Source: Phoronis australis
Taxonomy: Eukaryota > Animalia > Phoronida
Length of the DNA stretch: 49,254 nt
Direction: 5' to 3'
NCBI GenBank assembly: GCA_002633005.1
Contig: NMRA01000865.1
Location: forward strand, 16,749 to 66,002
The position numbers and the translations under genes were made by a program. The notes under the pieces were generated by a model. That model was not told where the DNA came from and ran no database searches. It saw only the letters and a program-made list of their open reading frames with translations. Below, piece after piece: positions 37,883-49,254 of this stretch. The stretch's first letter is position 1; every line of letters begins with the position of its first letter.

Positions 37883-40820
37883 ACTGGGTTTGACTGTGTT
37901 CATAAGCATTCGGTAATTGCGTGCAACCACCGTACGTTTCCTTTGAAGCCTGGGAGATAATTGGCCTGCTTGTTATCATACGGGACAAAAGACTGAGCTG
38001 GGCAGTTAACAAAAGAGCCAGATGTTATCGCACATTCAGCACCCCTCACGTCTGGAAAAGTTACTGAACGACAGAACGCTGTAATGGAATTCAAATTCCT
38101 ATGACAATACTTAGTTTTCAGCAAAATTCCCCCAGTATAATGGATAAAAATCAAAACAAGCCCTTTACTCTGACATTTCTTACTCAGAAAGGACTAAGGA
38201 TGCCACTTCCACGTTGTCAACTTGAGTCACGTGTCCTTTCCGAATTAGAGGTTTTATTAACCACAGTGAACTCTGAAGCGTTGACAAGGGTCTCAGATGG
38301 TTTCGATGTTCTAGTTCTTGTGACGGAAATTGAATCGTGTCACTATAAGGAATTTTATGAGGTTCTCATTTTGGCCTACTAAACTGGACGAAACGATATA
38401 GTCTATTACAAATATAGTACTATCACAATCCATTTACTTTTTGCTCAGTACAGGCAAGCAAATTTTTACCGCCAAATTTTGTTGAATGGCGTTTATATTA
38501 CAATACGAAACTCGCGCCATCCAATCGATCAACACTGAGTGCTGCTCAATACGTTTCCGGTTTGGACTTGTTTCAGTTACGAAAAATATGCACCTGAAAA
38601 TGGCAATGGACAATGTCGGGGTTACTGAAATAAGTTTAGAAAATTGTACCCCATGTGTTCTTAGAAGTGATCGTGACCGTTGTTGTTCCCAGGTAGCTTA
38701 CTGAACGCCACAAACAAGTGTTAAAAGATGCATTACGCCGGCTAAAGCAAGAATATCGAATTAGATGTTTTACTCTCATGAAATTGGGTCTCGTGCTACC
38801 GTTTCTGTAGGTAATGTGTGCCCCCGTCATTTTCGATTTTACTATTAAAAGGTTGGCCAAACCGAAGAATCTCCCTTTGGAGCGTTTTCTTCAAACGCTG
38901 ATGGCTTCGACGGTAATATCACGCTAGTGTGACGAATATACGAGACTGATTTGATGGAGAGTAAACGGCCGAATTCGGCTTTCGTTTCCAGCCAGTAAAA
39001 TGTACTGAAGATGTGAATTATGCTTAGCGGAAAGGCAAAGAAATTAAACACCAATTCTTATTGTCATAACACTTAACAGCTCTGTGGTCACGATTATTAC
39101 GACAATCACTAATAAAAAACATTGGACAAATTGCAGCGCCGGTTGCAACCTCTAGAGGTAATGTTGTATATAGTTTTACCTATACCCGTGAAATTAAATT
39201 CAAAAATGAAAAGTTTACCTTTGGAAAAGAATCCAATCCAATATTTTGTGTTACTGACCAAGCGCATTGTACTTGCCAATTGTGTCGCTCTTTACTGACT
39301 GTTCCGCTTTTTTTCCCGCTATCCCGCCACACACGTCTAAAGTGATATATTGTGATTACTATTGTAATTTCCCACTCGACATAGTCCTAATTCCCGTTCG
39401 ATTAAAAATAAAAAAACGGGACGTTTCATGTGTTTTTTTAGTACCCGCAATATCCCATTCCATTAAAACAAAAACCATCGTTGGCTGCTTTCGGGTGTTA
39501 CATAATCCGTTCGACAAAAAACGCTGCCGGAAGTTTTTTGAGTGTTACGTCGAACATTTCACCCTTGCGTTTAGGCATAGACCGATATGTACCGCTTTTT
39601 ATTCTCGAATGTTGACCGTGACAACTATGTAACAGGTGTTCAAAATAACATTGTCTCTTTATTATTATTTTGAATATTGTGTTTCTTTTTATGTTACTAT
39701 TACTCCCTAAATTAATTGACATTAAACTTAATTAGTTCACTATTTAATTAGTTAATGACCAATTATTACATAGAGGGTTTCATTATTGCACACAGTTGTG
39801 AATAGTTTTGGTGACAATAAAAGTGACACTTTTCTCATTGGCAGTGTTGAAATTTGTATTTGTCCTAGTTACATGATGTTGGTATCGTATTAGAGCACCG
39901 GCGGTACTTGATCATGAGGATATATTTGAAAGAAATAGTTAACTTTTGAAATTATTGTTATATGTCTATATGGTTTTAAGTTGCGCCTACCAGCTAGGCA
40001 GTTGTAGTACACATTCATGGCCAGCTTTCCGAATCGCAGAATCAGATGATCATCCGTTTGACAATATTTGGATGTATTGGACCGCAACACATTCCAAAAG
40101 GTAGACGAAATTTGTTCGGAAAACTTTTTCGGTGATAGCAGTTCTAAAATTACTTCGTTTGTACCAAGCAAACACTCCAGCTAAGCCCATAGTAAGAAGT
40201 GACACCGGAACAAGCGAATTCGAACAAATCCCAAGCATGCGCGGCGCAACTCACCAGCACGAGGTCGACTGAAGCTGGCATTCAAGGTTTTCTGTTTTTT
40301 GGTTTCGCTTCGTTATAGGTTTTCAGTATTTTAACTCCAAAAAACCGAATTTCTGAGAAAAATTGTCTTCGGCGAAGCTGTCATTATCGCCCGAAAGATG
40401 TTGACAAAAATAGCAAATGGCGTGTGCTAGTATCACGAGCGTCGTTTTCAAGTCGATGATAGACCTTTCCAATGAGCTATATTTATCTCATGGTACCTTT
40501 CTTTGTGACAAAGAAGAAAATGACGTTTACTAGATTGTTTTTTTATTTAACAGGGACCACCATTTGAATAAAATGAAACATATAGCCAAACCAGTGGACG
40601 TTTCTGTTTCACTGTAAGTTCACAGGCACAAGCAAACTCGGCAGATTCATTGAACCTACTCCAACAGGTCACAAATTGGACATATCAGTATCGTGGTTGA
40701 ATATTTCAACTTCATATGCAAATGCTGTGTGAGTTCATGTCTTTTTATTCATTAAAATTTTGCATTTCAGGAAGAGACATTGGGGGTCTTGTAAAATAGA
40801 ACTACACAACGAGGCAAAAG

Positions 40821-41963
40821 ATGGCTCTGGAAGTCTGGATAACAAAAGTCCTAATCCTGGTTGCGCTCTTCATTGTTACGTTCTGCTTCAGCTTGATACC
40901 CGTCAAGTTCATGAGCGTCATAAAAAACACAATCGACAACAACAAGCAGCATCGATATCAAACAGCAATCAGTTTTTGCTCTTGTTTCGCGGGTGGCGTA
41001 TTTCTTGCTACCTGTTTACTTGACTTGTTTCCCCATGTACGAGAGCAAATCAATGAAGCGTTTGATCAGTACCAAGTGGTGACGTCCTTTCCGTTTGCGG
41101 AATTCGTAATGGTGTTTGGACTGTTCCTAATATTACTCATTGAACAACTCGTCTTGTACGCAAAAGAGCGTAAGGACAATGCAAGAGCGAGTAAAGTGTC
41201 CCCAAAAAAGAGTTCCGTTATATCATTGTCGTATCGGTCTGACCGCGCTCTCTCCGTTGGTATCAGCGATCGACAAGTCATACTCCTCGACAGGCCTTCA
41301 CGCCCAGCCTCATCTGACGTAGATAAAGACTTAACTCAAGCTGAATCCCACACGAACGTTGTGATCTCAGAGGAACACCACCGCGGTCACCATGGCCACG
41401 GACATACCCATTTGCATGATGAGTTCTCAATTCACTATGATCTGAGTTCTCACAACGTTATTCGATCGATTCTGCTTCTGCTGGCCCTGTCGTTCCATTC
41501 TGTCTTCGAAGGACTTGCAGTTGGACTCCAAAAAACGTCAGAAAGTGTTGTAGATATTTTTGTTGGTCTGGTCATCCACAAATCAATCGTGGCTTTTAGT
41601 TTAGGCATCAATTTAGTGCAGAGCCGACTTAGCTTTTGGGCAACCATTCGGTCAAACTTAATATTTGCTGTTGCTTCTCCTATTGGAATAGGAATCGGCA
41701 TATTAGTTCTAGATGCAGCTAATTCAAAATCAACCAACTTGGCTAGTGGTATATTACAAGGTATTGCCTGCGGAACTTTTCTCTATGTTACGTTTTTCGA
41801 GATCCTGCCGCATGAGTTTAATAACGGGGAGCACAGGCTCCTCAAAGTTCTGTTCATAGTCTTAGGTTTTGGTGTAATGGTAGGTGTGATGTTTATACAT
41901 TCAGAGGCCGGTGACCACGAGCATCATCATGCCATTGATAACAAAACTACTGTTGGTTTCTAA
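40821..41963 (+). CDS. SLC39A1/3-like (ZIP): ZIP (SLC39A subfamily II) zinc/metal transporter, paralog B, 380 aa
   Basis: Same motifs as paralog A, intact ORF, two in-frame loop deletions of 9 and 5 aa. Confidence 0.95.
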   Translation: MALEVWITKVLILVALFIVTFCFSLIPVKFMSVIKNTIDNNKQHRYQTAISFCSCFAGGVFLATCLLDLFPHVREQINEAFDQYQVVTSFPFAEFVMVFGLFLILLIEQLVLYAKERKDNARASKVSPKKSSVISLSYRSDRALSVGISDRQVILLDRPSRPASSDVDKDLTQAESHTNVVISEEHHRGHHGHGHTHLHDEFSIHYDLSSHNVIRSILLLLALSFHSVFEGLAVGLQKTSESVVDIFVGLVIHKSIVAFSLGINLVQSRLSFWATIRSNLIFAVASPIGIGIGILVLDAANSKSTNLASGILQGIACGTFLYVTFFEILPHEFNNGEHRLLKVLFIVLGFGVMVGVMFIHSEAGDHEHHHAIDNKTTVGF

Positions 41964-43444
41964 AACACTGGGTATTGATTTACAGTGTTAATTGGAAATT
42001 CCATTTGTGCCGGGTGTACAATTAGAAAACATTAATGAAATTTGAAAAACAAAATTATCGGAAAATATTTAATACATCAATTGTTAAATCTTATTTGCAG
42101 CTTTCAATGCATGCATGTCTCATCTTTATTTGCCTGACTGGGAAAATTGTCTTTAAAGAGGTGCGCAGAGAATTTGAATTTTTGAAAAATCTTTTTAACG
42201 TTAATTTTCTGTGAACTGTAAAAAGTTGCAATTTTAGTATACGATGATTTAACGCAATGTTAGGTCAGTACAACACATTTTAATGATATCTTTTATTTAG
42301 AAATTTTCGTCTGACAAATCGATGAAAGTTGAGTTAATGTGACAGATGTATGTGACGTACTTACGCTCTGAATTTCTAGTGTTAAACTGTTTGTTGTGAC
42401 TGAGATATCAATTCAGAATTATTCAAACTTCAGTATTCAAGCTATATTCGTTCAAAATTAAATTAGTGCAATAAAACGCATATTCCTTTTTTATTAAAAA
42501 TATAAAACAATCTCCTAAAATCATAAAATTTGAAGATGTTAAACAATATGGATGAGAATGGGAGTGATTATTAACTTGTATTTGTCACCTGGCCTGATGT
42601 TGGTATAAGAAAACTGTTTTTTCGTTATGCAGAAAACAATTTCAAGACACTTAAAGTAGAGATCAAAACATAACTAATTGTTAATGTAATAAAATGCATT
42701 TTATTATTTGCCTTTTAAATTAGGACTCGCCTTAAGCTTGGACAGAGTTATTGTCTGGGCCATGCCGCTGATAGTTCTGATACATTCCCGTGTTAGTAAT
42801 AAATTTGTTGTTTCAAAAGTATTAGTTACAATGCTTCAGTATCTTTCTATAACATGATGACAGGTAGACAGTTGCTTCAGCACGGTTTAGTTGACAGCAT
42901 CGACTTATGGCACTCATATTTTGATTCAAGGCACAAATGCTGTCTTGGCTTGTTAAGGCAGCCATTTAGAAAAATGATCTCGGAATATGTGGAGATAATA
43001 AAATTATCAGATTCTAGTCCTTCTTAGTGAAGAACTTTTCATTCAGATTTTTTAACACATGTCTTCATTTCGATTTTAAAGAAAGGCGTTACATGCAATC
43101 GCATCACGGTTCACGCAGGTACAATAATGAATTTCTTGATCCACCATTCTATTTTTACAGATGATCCTAGCTTTGTCTCCAACAATTCACTTTTCTAAAT
43201 GCTTGCCCGTTTCAGAAGACTTTGTTGTACGGAGGTTTCAGATTTTGCTCCAAAAGTGTGAGGGTTGTCGAGGTAACCATCACTATTTTGCTCCAGAGAA
43301 TTCCATGGGAAAGTTGTGTGTGTGTTAGTAGGCCGAATCGGATTTTGGTATCCTTTTAAGACAGAAATATGGCCTCACTTTCTCATTCCACAGAACTTTG
43401 CTGAGTAAAGGTTTATCCAGAGTGACGTCTCCTGAAGCAGAGCC

Positions 43445-43870
43445 CTGTGCTCGGTTGCATGCTACAGTCCCAAACAGGGATTGAAATTAGTTCTCTAAAT
43501 CATTTCGTATTTGTTTCGTACTATACTCGCAATCGTAGTATATTTTCTATCATTTTACCTTTATTTTGAGCTCTTCTTTGACCAATGACATTTTCCAATG
43601 AAATAACTGAAAACTGAGCCCTTAATTCGGTTAAAATAACTAGGTACTCAAAATTAGTGCTTAAGTTCGGGGTTTTGTATAAAAAAAACTACTTATTTTC
43701 AATAATATTGAGAATTTAACGCAGAGTTTACTGTCAGTTTTATATCAAAGCCAAAAACTGACTTAGTAATGACACTCAAACAGCCTAAGAAAGGACAATC
43801 AGTGTTTTCACAAGCCCACAAATATGTTGTAGATTTAGGGACCTTATTTGTTTCATGCAACCGGCCACTG
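43445..43870. mobile_element. MITE of the 695-1136 family in the opposite orientation; the matching copy in unit A (20606-~20826) is truncated
   Basis: ctgtgctcggttgcatg...catgcaaccggccactg; the interior is the reverse complement of 740-1090. Confidence 0.8.
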
Positions 43871-46800
43871 GGATCTAAAATTTTGGTCAAAAGTACTGAG
43901 TGACAAGTTAAAAAAAGAATCGGAAATCATTTTGATTGAAAACGTTTGACTTAAGTGAACTTCTTAATTGTTTTGTGACGAACGAACGGCTTTACGATAT
44001 CCAGAATTTGACCTTCGACACCCAGAGGTCGACTATATGCTAAGTCAAATGATATTTTTGGATAGTTAAGCTTCGTGTGATTGTACAAATTTGAAAATAT
44101 AGTGATATACCCATAAATAACTTGTTTATAATAAAATTAATTAGCAACACACATAGAAACCAGAGTTATTTTCTAGGGTAAAAGTGATCCCTCAGACACC
44201 GATCCGTTTAGGAAAAAATGAAAGCTACCGGAAATTCAAATATGAGTCGCTCCCCTGCATCAACTTGGAACAATTCTATTTTCGCTTTACAAAAACTTAA
44301 TGTTGGGAAGCGAGTATTCTCCGACTGGTTACAAAACATTGCAAACTGTTGTTGAGAGTATTCTAAACACAATCGTTTTCTACATGATATCAAATTGAAG
44401 CAGCAGTATTTGGTTTAACGTTTTCAGGGCTTTTGTAAAATGTTTGACTTGTTATGGGACTTCAGTTTCATTCAAAACAATGCAATCCTCGGATTTTGGA
44501 CCAGCTGGTCACGTAAAACATGCCTTCCATGTTTGTGCAAGTGGACCTTACGGACGTTAGCAGTGAAAATCTCCCGTGTTGCATGCAAGCGAAAAACCAA
44601 TATCATTTAAGCACAACTTAGATATGTCATTACCTCTGTGTCTTCCTCAAACGCTGGAATGTTTACATCAAACATTATGCCATCAAGTTTCAGTCCAGTT
44701 GTTAAATGTTGTCAACTGTCTTCAAAGTGGTAGACAACCTGCTAAAGATGCATACTCATATGCTACTTCAGTCAGTCGAACGCGGTTGATTGTCTTGTAG
44801 CGAATAATGGACAGTGATTTGTAAAATAAATTGTGCAAAAATAAGTGAACCACCCAGTATTATTTCGCTGAGGCTGTGAAGTGTATCGCAAAGACTCTAC
44901 ATACAAAGGTGTATTGGTATTTTTGTCGGCACCAGAGAACACGCAACAATTCCAAAAGTTGGAGGTTAGACAAGATCCCGGCATTCACCACCTTTCAAAA
45001 CCCGTCAACAGAGCCTTAAGAGAGTTTTGTTCTATAGCAAGTGTCTTCAATATTTAGACCTGTTGTCATCATGCAGCATACCAATGAAAAACTTATATAT
45101 TTATTTAACAACATGTTTAACAAAGAAATTGTTAACCATTTATCTGCCTCTTCATATTCGGCATCCTGTTTATTGCTAAGGGCCACCATATTACCACTCA
45201 CTTCAGCCCTCGCCCGNATGTTTGTAAAAAATGAGCGAGCTCCAACCTATGAAAGTGGAAAAGTAAGCGATCTAAACAAAATGCGCTTTTATTCAGGTTT
45301 ACATTTTTTATCAACAGACCAGCCTACTTGAATCAGGGCAAGGGGAAAACATGTCTTAGACTGCCTAAAATCTTAGTGAGTTTATTGTAACATTGTTTGC
45401 TTGGTTTGCTGGGAGACCATTTGCTAACTCACCAAACAAGTACGTCGAGACTGAATTGTGAATAAATGAATTTATTTACCAAAATAACGAACACTTGGTG
45501 TAAAATAAGGTGAACAAAACAGGAACAAATATAAACTTTTAGTCTGTGATTTGGTACTGTGAGCAGGAAAATTTTTTTTAAACACTTTTCACTTTTGTTA
45601 AATTTCCTGGTACGAGTAAACACCGTCATAACAAGTTTGATGGATGACCAGTGATAATGTTACGCGCCTTATTGTTGATTCTCACTGCAGTGCACGAAGA
45701 CACCAGTTTTGGTAACTATTCAGTAGGCTATTTCCATTGGTCAGTTGCATGAAATGATATTCGCTGGACATTGTCAACAACATCACACATTCGCTGCTCT
45801 ATGGATTACCATTTGTAAATTTATAACAAGTTCATAGTTCAAGATTTAGTTAAATCACACTTTTTACTCAAGTTCCTATATTTAGCATTCAAAATCTTTT
45901 ATCGCAAGTTTCCAACATTTAAAATTTTTTTCTTACTCGGTTGAATAGGTGGTTGCGCTCCTCAAAGTTTGGTGTTGCAGCAATGTAAAGGTTACTAATG
46001 TCATTTGCTTGATTTTTGAGTCTATTCCGATTGAAAGAATGCTAGTTGTTGATTACGTGGGTCACCTTTTGATCCGTCGTGACTTTTCCGGGATTGCACG
46101 TGGAAAATTGAAACTTAGCAAGATATTCAGGTACCCTCCAGACATTTGAATTAGCAAAATAAGAAACTGGCCGACACTCACTTTGTACCTGATTCCTATA
46201 ATCTGGTGGATTTTGGCGGTCTGGATGCACTGTCTTCTAGATCACAGTAATCACCTGCACATGGTGGTTTTGGGGATGAAAACTCCTACTTTGGGATATT
46301 TTTGTTCATTTTTCAAGTAGTCGGCCCTTGCGGTAGTTGTAAAAGATGGTAAATTGATGTCGAAATCATATTCCATGGGCTAATTGTGCAAGGTTTTAAA
46401 AGTCTTTGGCTCAGTTCATTTTTACATATTTGGCACTTTTCGCTCCAAAACCACTACTTCCATGCCGATGCGAGATAAAAACCAATATTAGATTCAAAGC
46501 AAATTTCCTACGTACAATTTTAAAAAATATACATTTATTTTATTTTGCAATTCTGGCTTGTTGGAGTGCTACAAGAAATCGCCGCCGCTTTCTCAGTCGC
46601 TACTCAACAATGCACAAATGCAACAGGAGGCCGCCATCTTGAAGAATAGTGTATGTACAACCAAACAAGTGGTAATTTCTCTTTACCGACACAAGCGCGC
46701 ACCCGGGGGGACGGGGCTCGAAGGAGCCCGCCCCCATTTGGCGAAGTGGGCATAAAGGTCCGCCTCAGAGAAAGAAAAAGTCCGAGAACACGAGACAAAA

Positions 46801-47814
46801 GTCCACAGGAATTCAGCGCGAATACACAATTCATAGGCCTGAACCTAGTACCCCGTTTTTTGTTTTTTTATTCCAAGTTTTTTCAGTAAAAAGTCCACAT
46901 ACTGAAAATTCGAGCCTCCTCGTATATTTTAGGCTGGGTGCACGCATGCAACACGTCTACAAATAAAAACAAACCAATGAGCTTACATGCAACGCCAAAC
47001 TCAAAAATAACCCCAAGTCTAACCTTTTATTAAACGAACAATTTTTATTTGATCGCTGGCTACATTACTAATTCGCTCGGACGCATATCGGCACCACTAA
47101 ATAATTCACGAAAGACAAATATTTCTTCTAAAATGCTATACGTTCAATACTTTGACTCATCGGTGCAAAAGAAGTTCAATGTTGACTGACAACTCCATCA
47201 GTCATCCAAGTTCGTGAAGGCGCAAACGCTCAAGCGTAGTGAAATGACCCATACATAACGGTGTCACTGTAAACTGAGCAGTGGGTGTTTCTTCGCTCAC
47301 ACGTAAGTAACGTAAATTTTACACGTGAGAGATTCTATTGGAACACCTGTTGTTTGATATGATAATCCGGGACATTTGAGATATGTGAATGAACCTATTC
47401 GCGGAATTGACCAAAACCACTCCCAAAAATTAAAAACCTAACGTACCTCATTTAGTTAGCGTAACTTGCTGTAAAAATAGAAAACGTTCATCCAGTCACG
47501 TCGACTTGTTTGTGTTATCATTTTAAATAGTTTGAGAGTTTGAGAAACAACATATTGTCTCAGTGGTCAAGCCGTCTTGGCTGACAAATCATGTTTTTGT
47601 GGACAGTTTTGGTAAGTTTCTTATAACATCACAATACTGTTTGCAGTGGGGATGGTATTTATTGTTGTCACAAATTGAGGAAGAAAGTATTCAAAGGAGC
47701 AGTAAAAAAAGCAACTAAATTACACATAGCCGTGGTCCCACAGAGATTGAATGCTTTTTACAATCGGTAACATTAAAAGTTTCATGTTAAGCGTAAACAG
47801 ACGGAATGCTAATA

Positions 47815-47940
47815 CATCTAGTGTGGATGCCTTCAACCCCAAATGCCTCTTGCGGCTCAGCCAGAAAATAATTCTACATAGTAGTGTGGAATAGAACCCA
47901 TCCACTCCGCATTAGTGGCCGCTGAACCAGATCCCAGTGC
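47815..47940 (-). mobile_element. Degenerate tRNA-derived SINE; related copy at 22909-23020 (-), more distant ones at about 9290-9430 and 26740-26890 (+)
   Basis: Minus strand reads TGGTTCAGCGG ... GGGTTCTATTCC. Confidence 0.55.
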
Positions 47941-48268
47941 AGTACATTGCATAGTACTTTTAAAGTGAATTTGTTAAAAACACCGGCCTTGATTTTAGCG
48001 AATGGCTAGAAAAAAACTGCAAAAATTGGCAATTAGTAAAAAAAATCACAAAAACACCGGATGTTGTTTTATAACTGTGGTCAAAGTTAAAAACTTCGAG
48101 AAGCACATCCTAACCAACAGTTATCCCCAAAGTGCATTTTGGCAGTAAAACCGAAAAAGTCTGTTTTAATAAGCATTTTAGTTTTTGTCTAAACTTCACG
48201 TACCTTCTATATAAGCAACGGTGATTTTCGCCAGAAATGCTTTCTCCCAGAATACTCCATTTAGGAGT

Positions 48269-48515
48269 GGGCCAACGACGACAGCCTACCCAGACACTAT
48301 CACAAAAGCAAAGACGAGTAGGCCAACGACGAGAGCCTACCCAGACACTACCACAAAAGCAAAGACGAGTCGGCCAACGACGACAGCCTACCCAGACACT
48401 ACCACAAAAGCAAAGACGAGTAGGCCAACGACGACAGCCTACCCAGACACTACCACAAAAGCAAAGGCGAGTGGGCCAACGACGACACTCTACCCAGACA
48501 CTACCACGAAAGCAA
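48269..48515 (+). repeat. 51-bp minisatellite, about 4.8 units; one frame reads as a Thr/Pro-rich repeat PTTTAYPDTTTKAKTS(R/G)
   Basis: Units start at 48269, 48320, 48371, 48422 and 48473. Confidence 0.92.
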
Positions 48516-48920
48516 TGCCCACAGGCCGGTCCTAAGCCCGAGCCGGACTACCCTTTGAAGCGTAAAGCATGTGAACAATGCAAGATGAGAAAAATAACAA
48601 AGATCGAGAATGAAAACGGTTTTCTCGAACCCTAATAACAGTATTTCAACCATAGAAGTGCCTGCTCAACGCGTAAGTAATACTTGTTACGCTGTTCAGC
48701 TGTTATGTGAGATGGCTTCGCATACAAGGTTTTCGATTCATTGGCGTTAACTGATCATGCCGCAATTTCAGGCGCTCTGGTACACCTTTTGCCAAACGTG
48801 TGCAGGCCGTTCGGGTGTTCCTTTTGCATTGATCACTTGGAACAGTTTTTATGTTTTATTAATATATAATTGAAATTGAGGTGAGGAGCTAGAGATCTGG
48901 CTTAAGAGTCTAGCAATGTA

Positions 48921-48986
48921 CCTCAGGGGAACTCGAACCTCACGCCTTGAGCAAAGGAAGCGGACACTAAGCCATACTGCCTCCGC
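48921..48986 (-). mobile_element. tRNA-like SINE head
   Basis: Minus strand reads TATGGCTTAGTG ... GGTTCGAGTTCC. Confidence 0.5.
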
Positions 48987-49120
48987 AAACCATACTATAC
49001 TCCAACAATGTATGCAGGCCCGTAGCCACGGGGGGGGGGGGCGTTCCAGGGGTTAGAACGAGACCCCCCTCCTCTGCGGAAAATGTCCAGCCCCAGTCTA
49101 TCCGTTAAACATAGCATACA

Positions 49121-49254
49121 CAGTGGCGGATCTAGGATATCACAAGGGGGGGGCCCAACATTTTGTCCGGCTGGAAGCATTTGCGCAAACTGAACCACGA
49201 TTGTAGATGCGCATAGCACCGAATGGGGGGAGGTCGGGAGGGGGGCAAACCCCC
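49121..49254. mobile_element. End of a GC-rich CAGTGGCGGATCTAG-type DNA element; related ends at 15547-15587, 21991-22005, 32465-32479 and 35042
   Basis: 49121-49163 is nearly the exact reverse complement of 15547-15587. Confidence 0.7.

Larger units (their letters stand above)
23079..45046 (+). repeat. Segmental tandem duplication, unit B, expanded by insertions; may extend to about 47950
   Basis: Collinear with unit A. 22909-23033 also matches 47815-47951. Confidence 0.85.

Noticed and set aside
48269-48515. CRISPR-like array
   Set aside because: Head-to-tail units with no unique spacers, in a eukaryotic context.
48558-48600. Zn2Cys6-like motif KRKACEQCKMRK
   Set aside because: Only two cysteines; the remaining ligands are absent.

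Overview
AT-rich eukaryotic DNA, most likely from a marine invertebrate (inferred from the gene families and repeat content), with spliceosomal introns, MITEs, SINEs and four assembly gaps. (1) Bases 1295-7555 hold the last six exons of a gene that the ORF track misses. Splicing by hand at GT-AG sites with matching phases gives about 332 aa: a CBM4/9/22-type carbohydrate-binding module, a short hydrophilic linker, and a C-terminal TIR_2-like domain that keeps the Glu aligning with the catalytic Glu of TIR NADases. There is no transmembrane segment between the domains, so this is a candidate glycan-sensing TIR protein and the most interesting item here. (2) A large tandem duplication (about 6704-23078, repeated at about 23079-45046 or further) starts at the last splice donor of that gene. 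It produced two extra copies of the TIR terminal exon and two intact ZIP (SLC39A subfamily II) metal transporter paralogs. The paralogs differ in the regulatory loop and appear gene-converted at the 3' end. (3) A partial third ZIP copy and a 425-bp doublet flank single-N gaps and are probably haplotype assembly artefacts. All domain calls come from motif recognition by eye; no database search was run.
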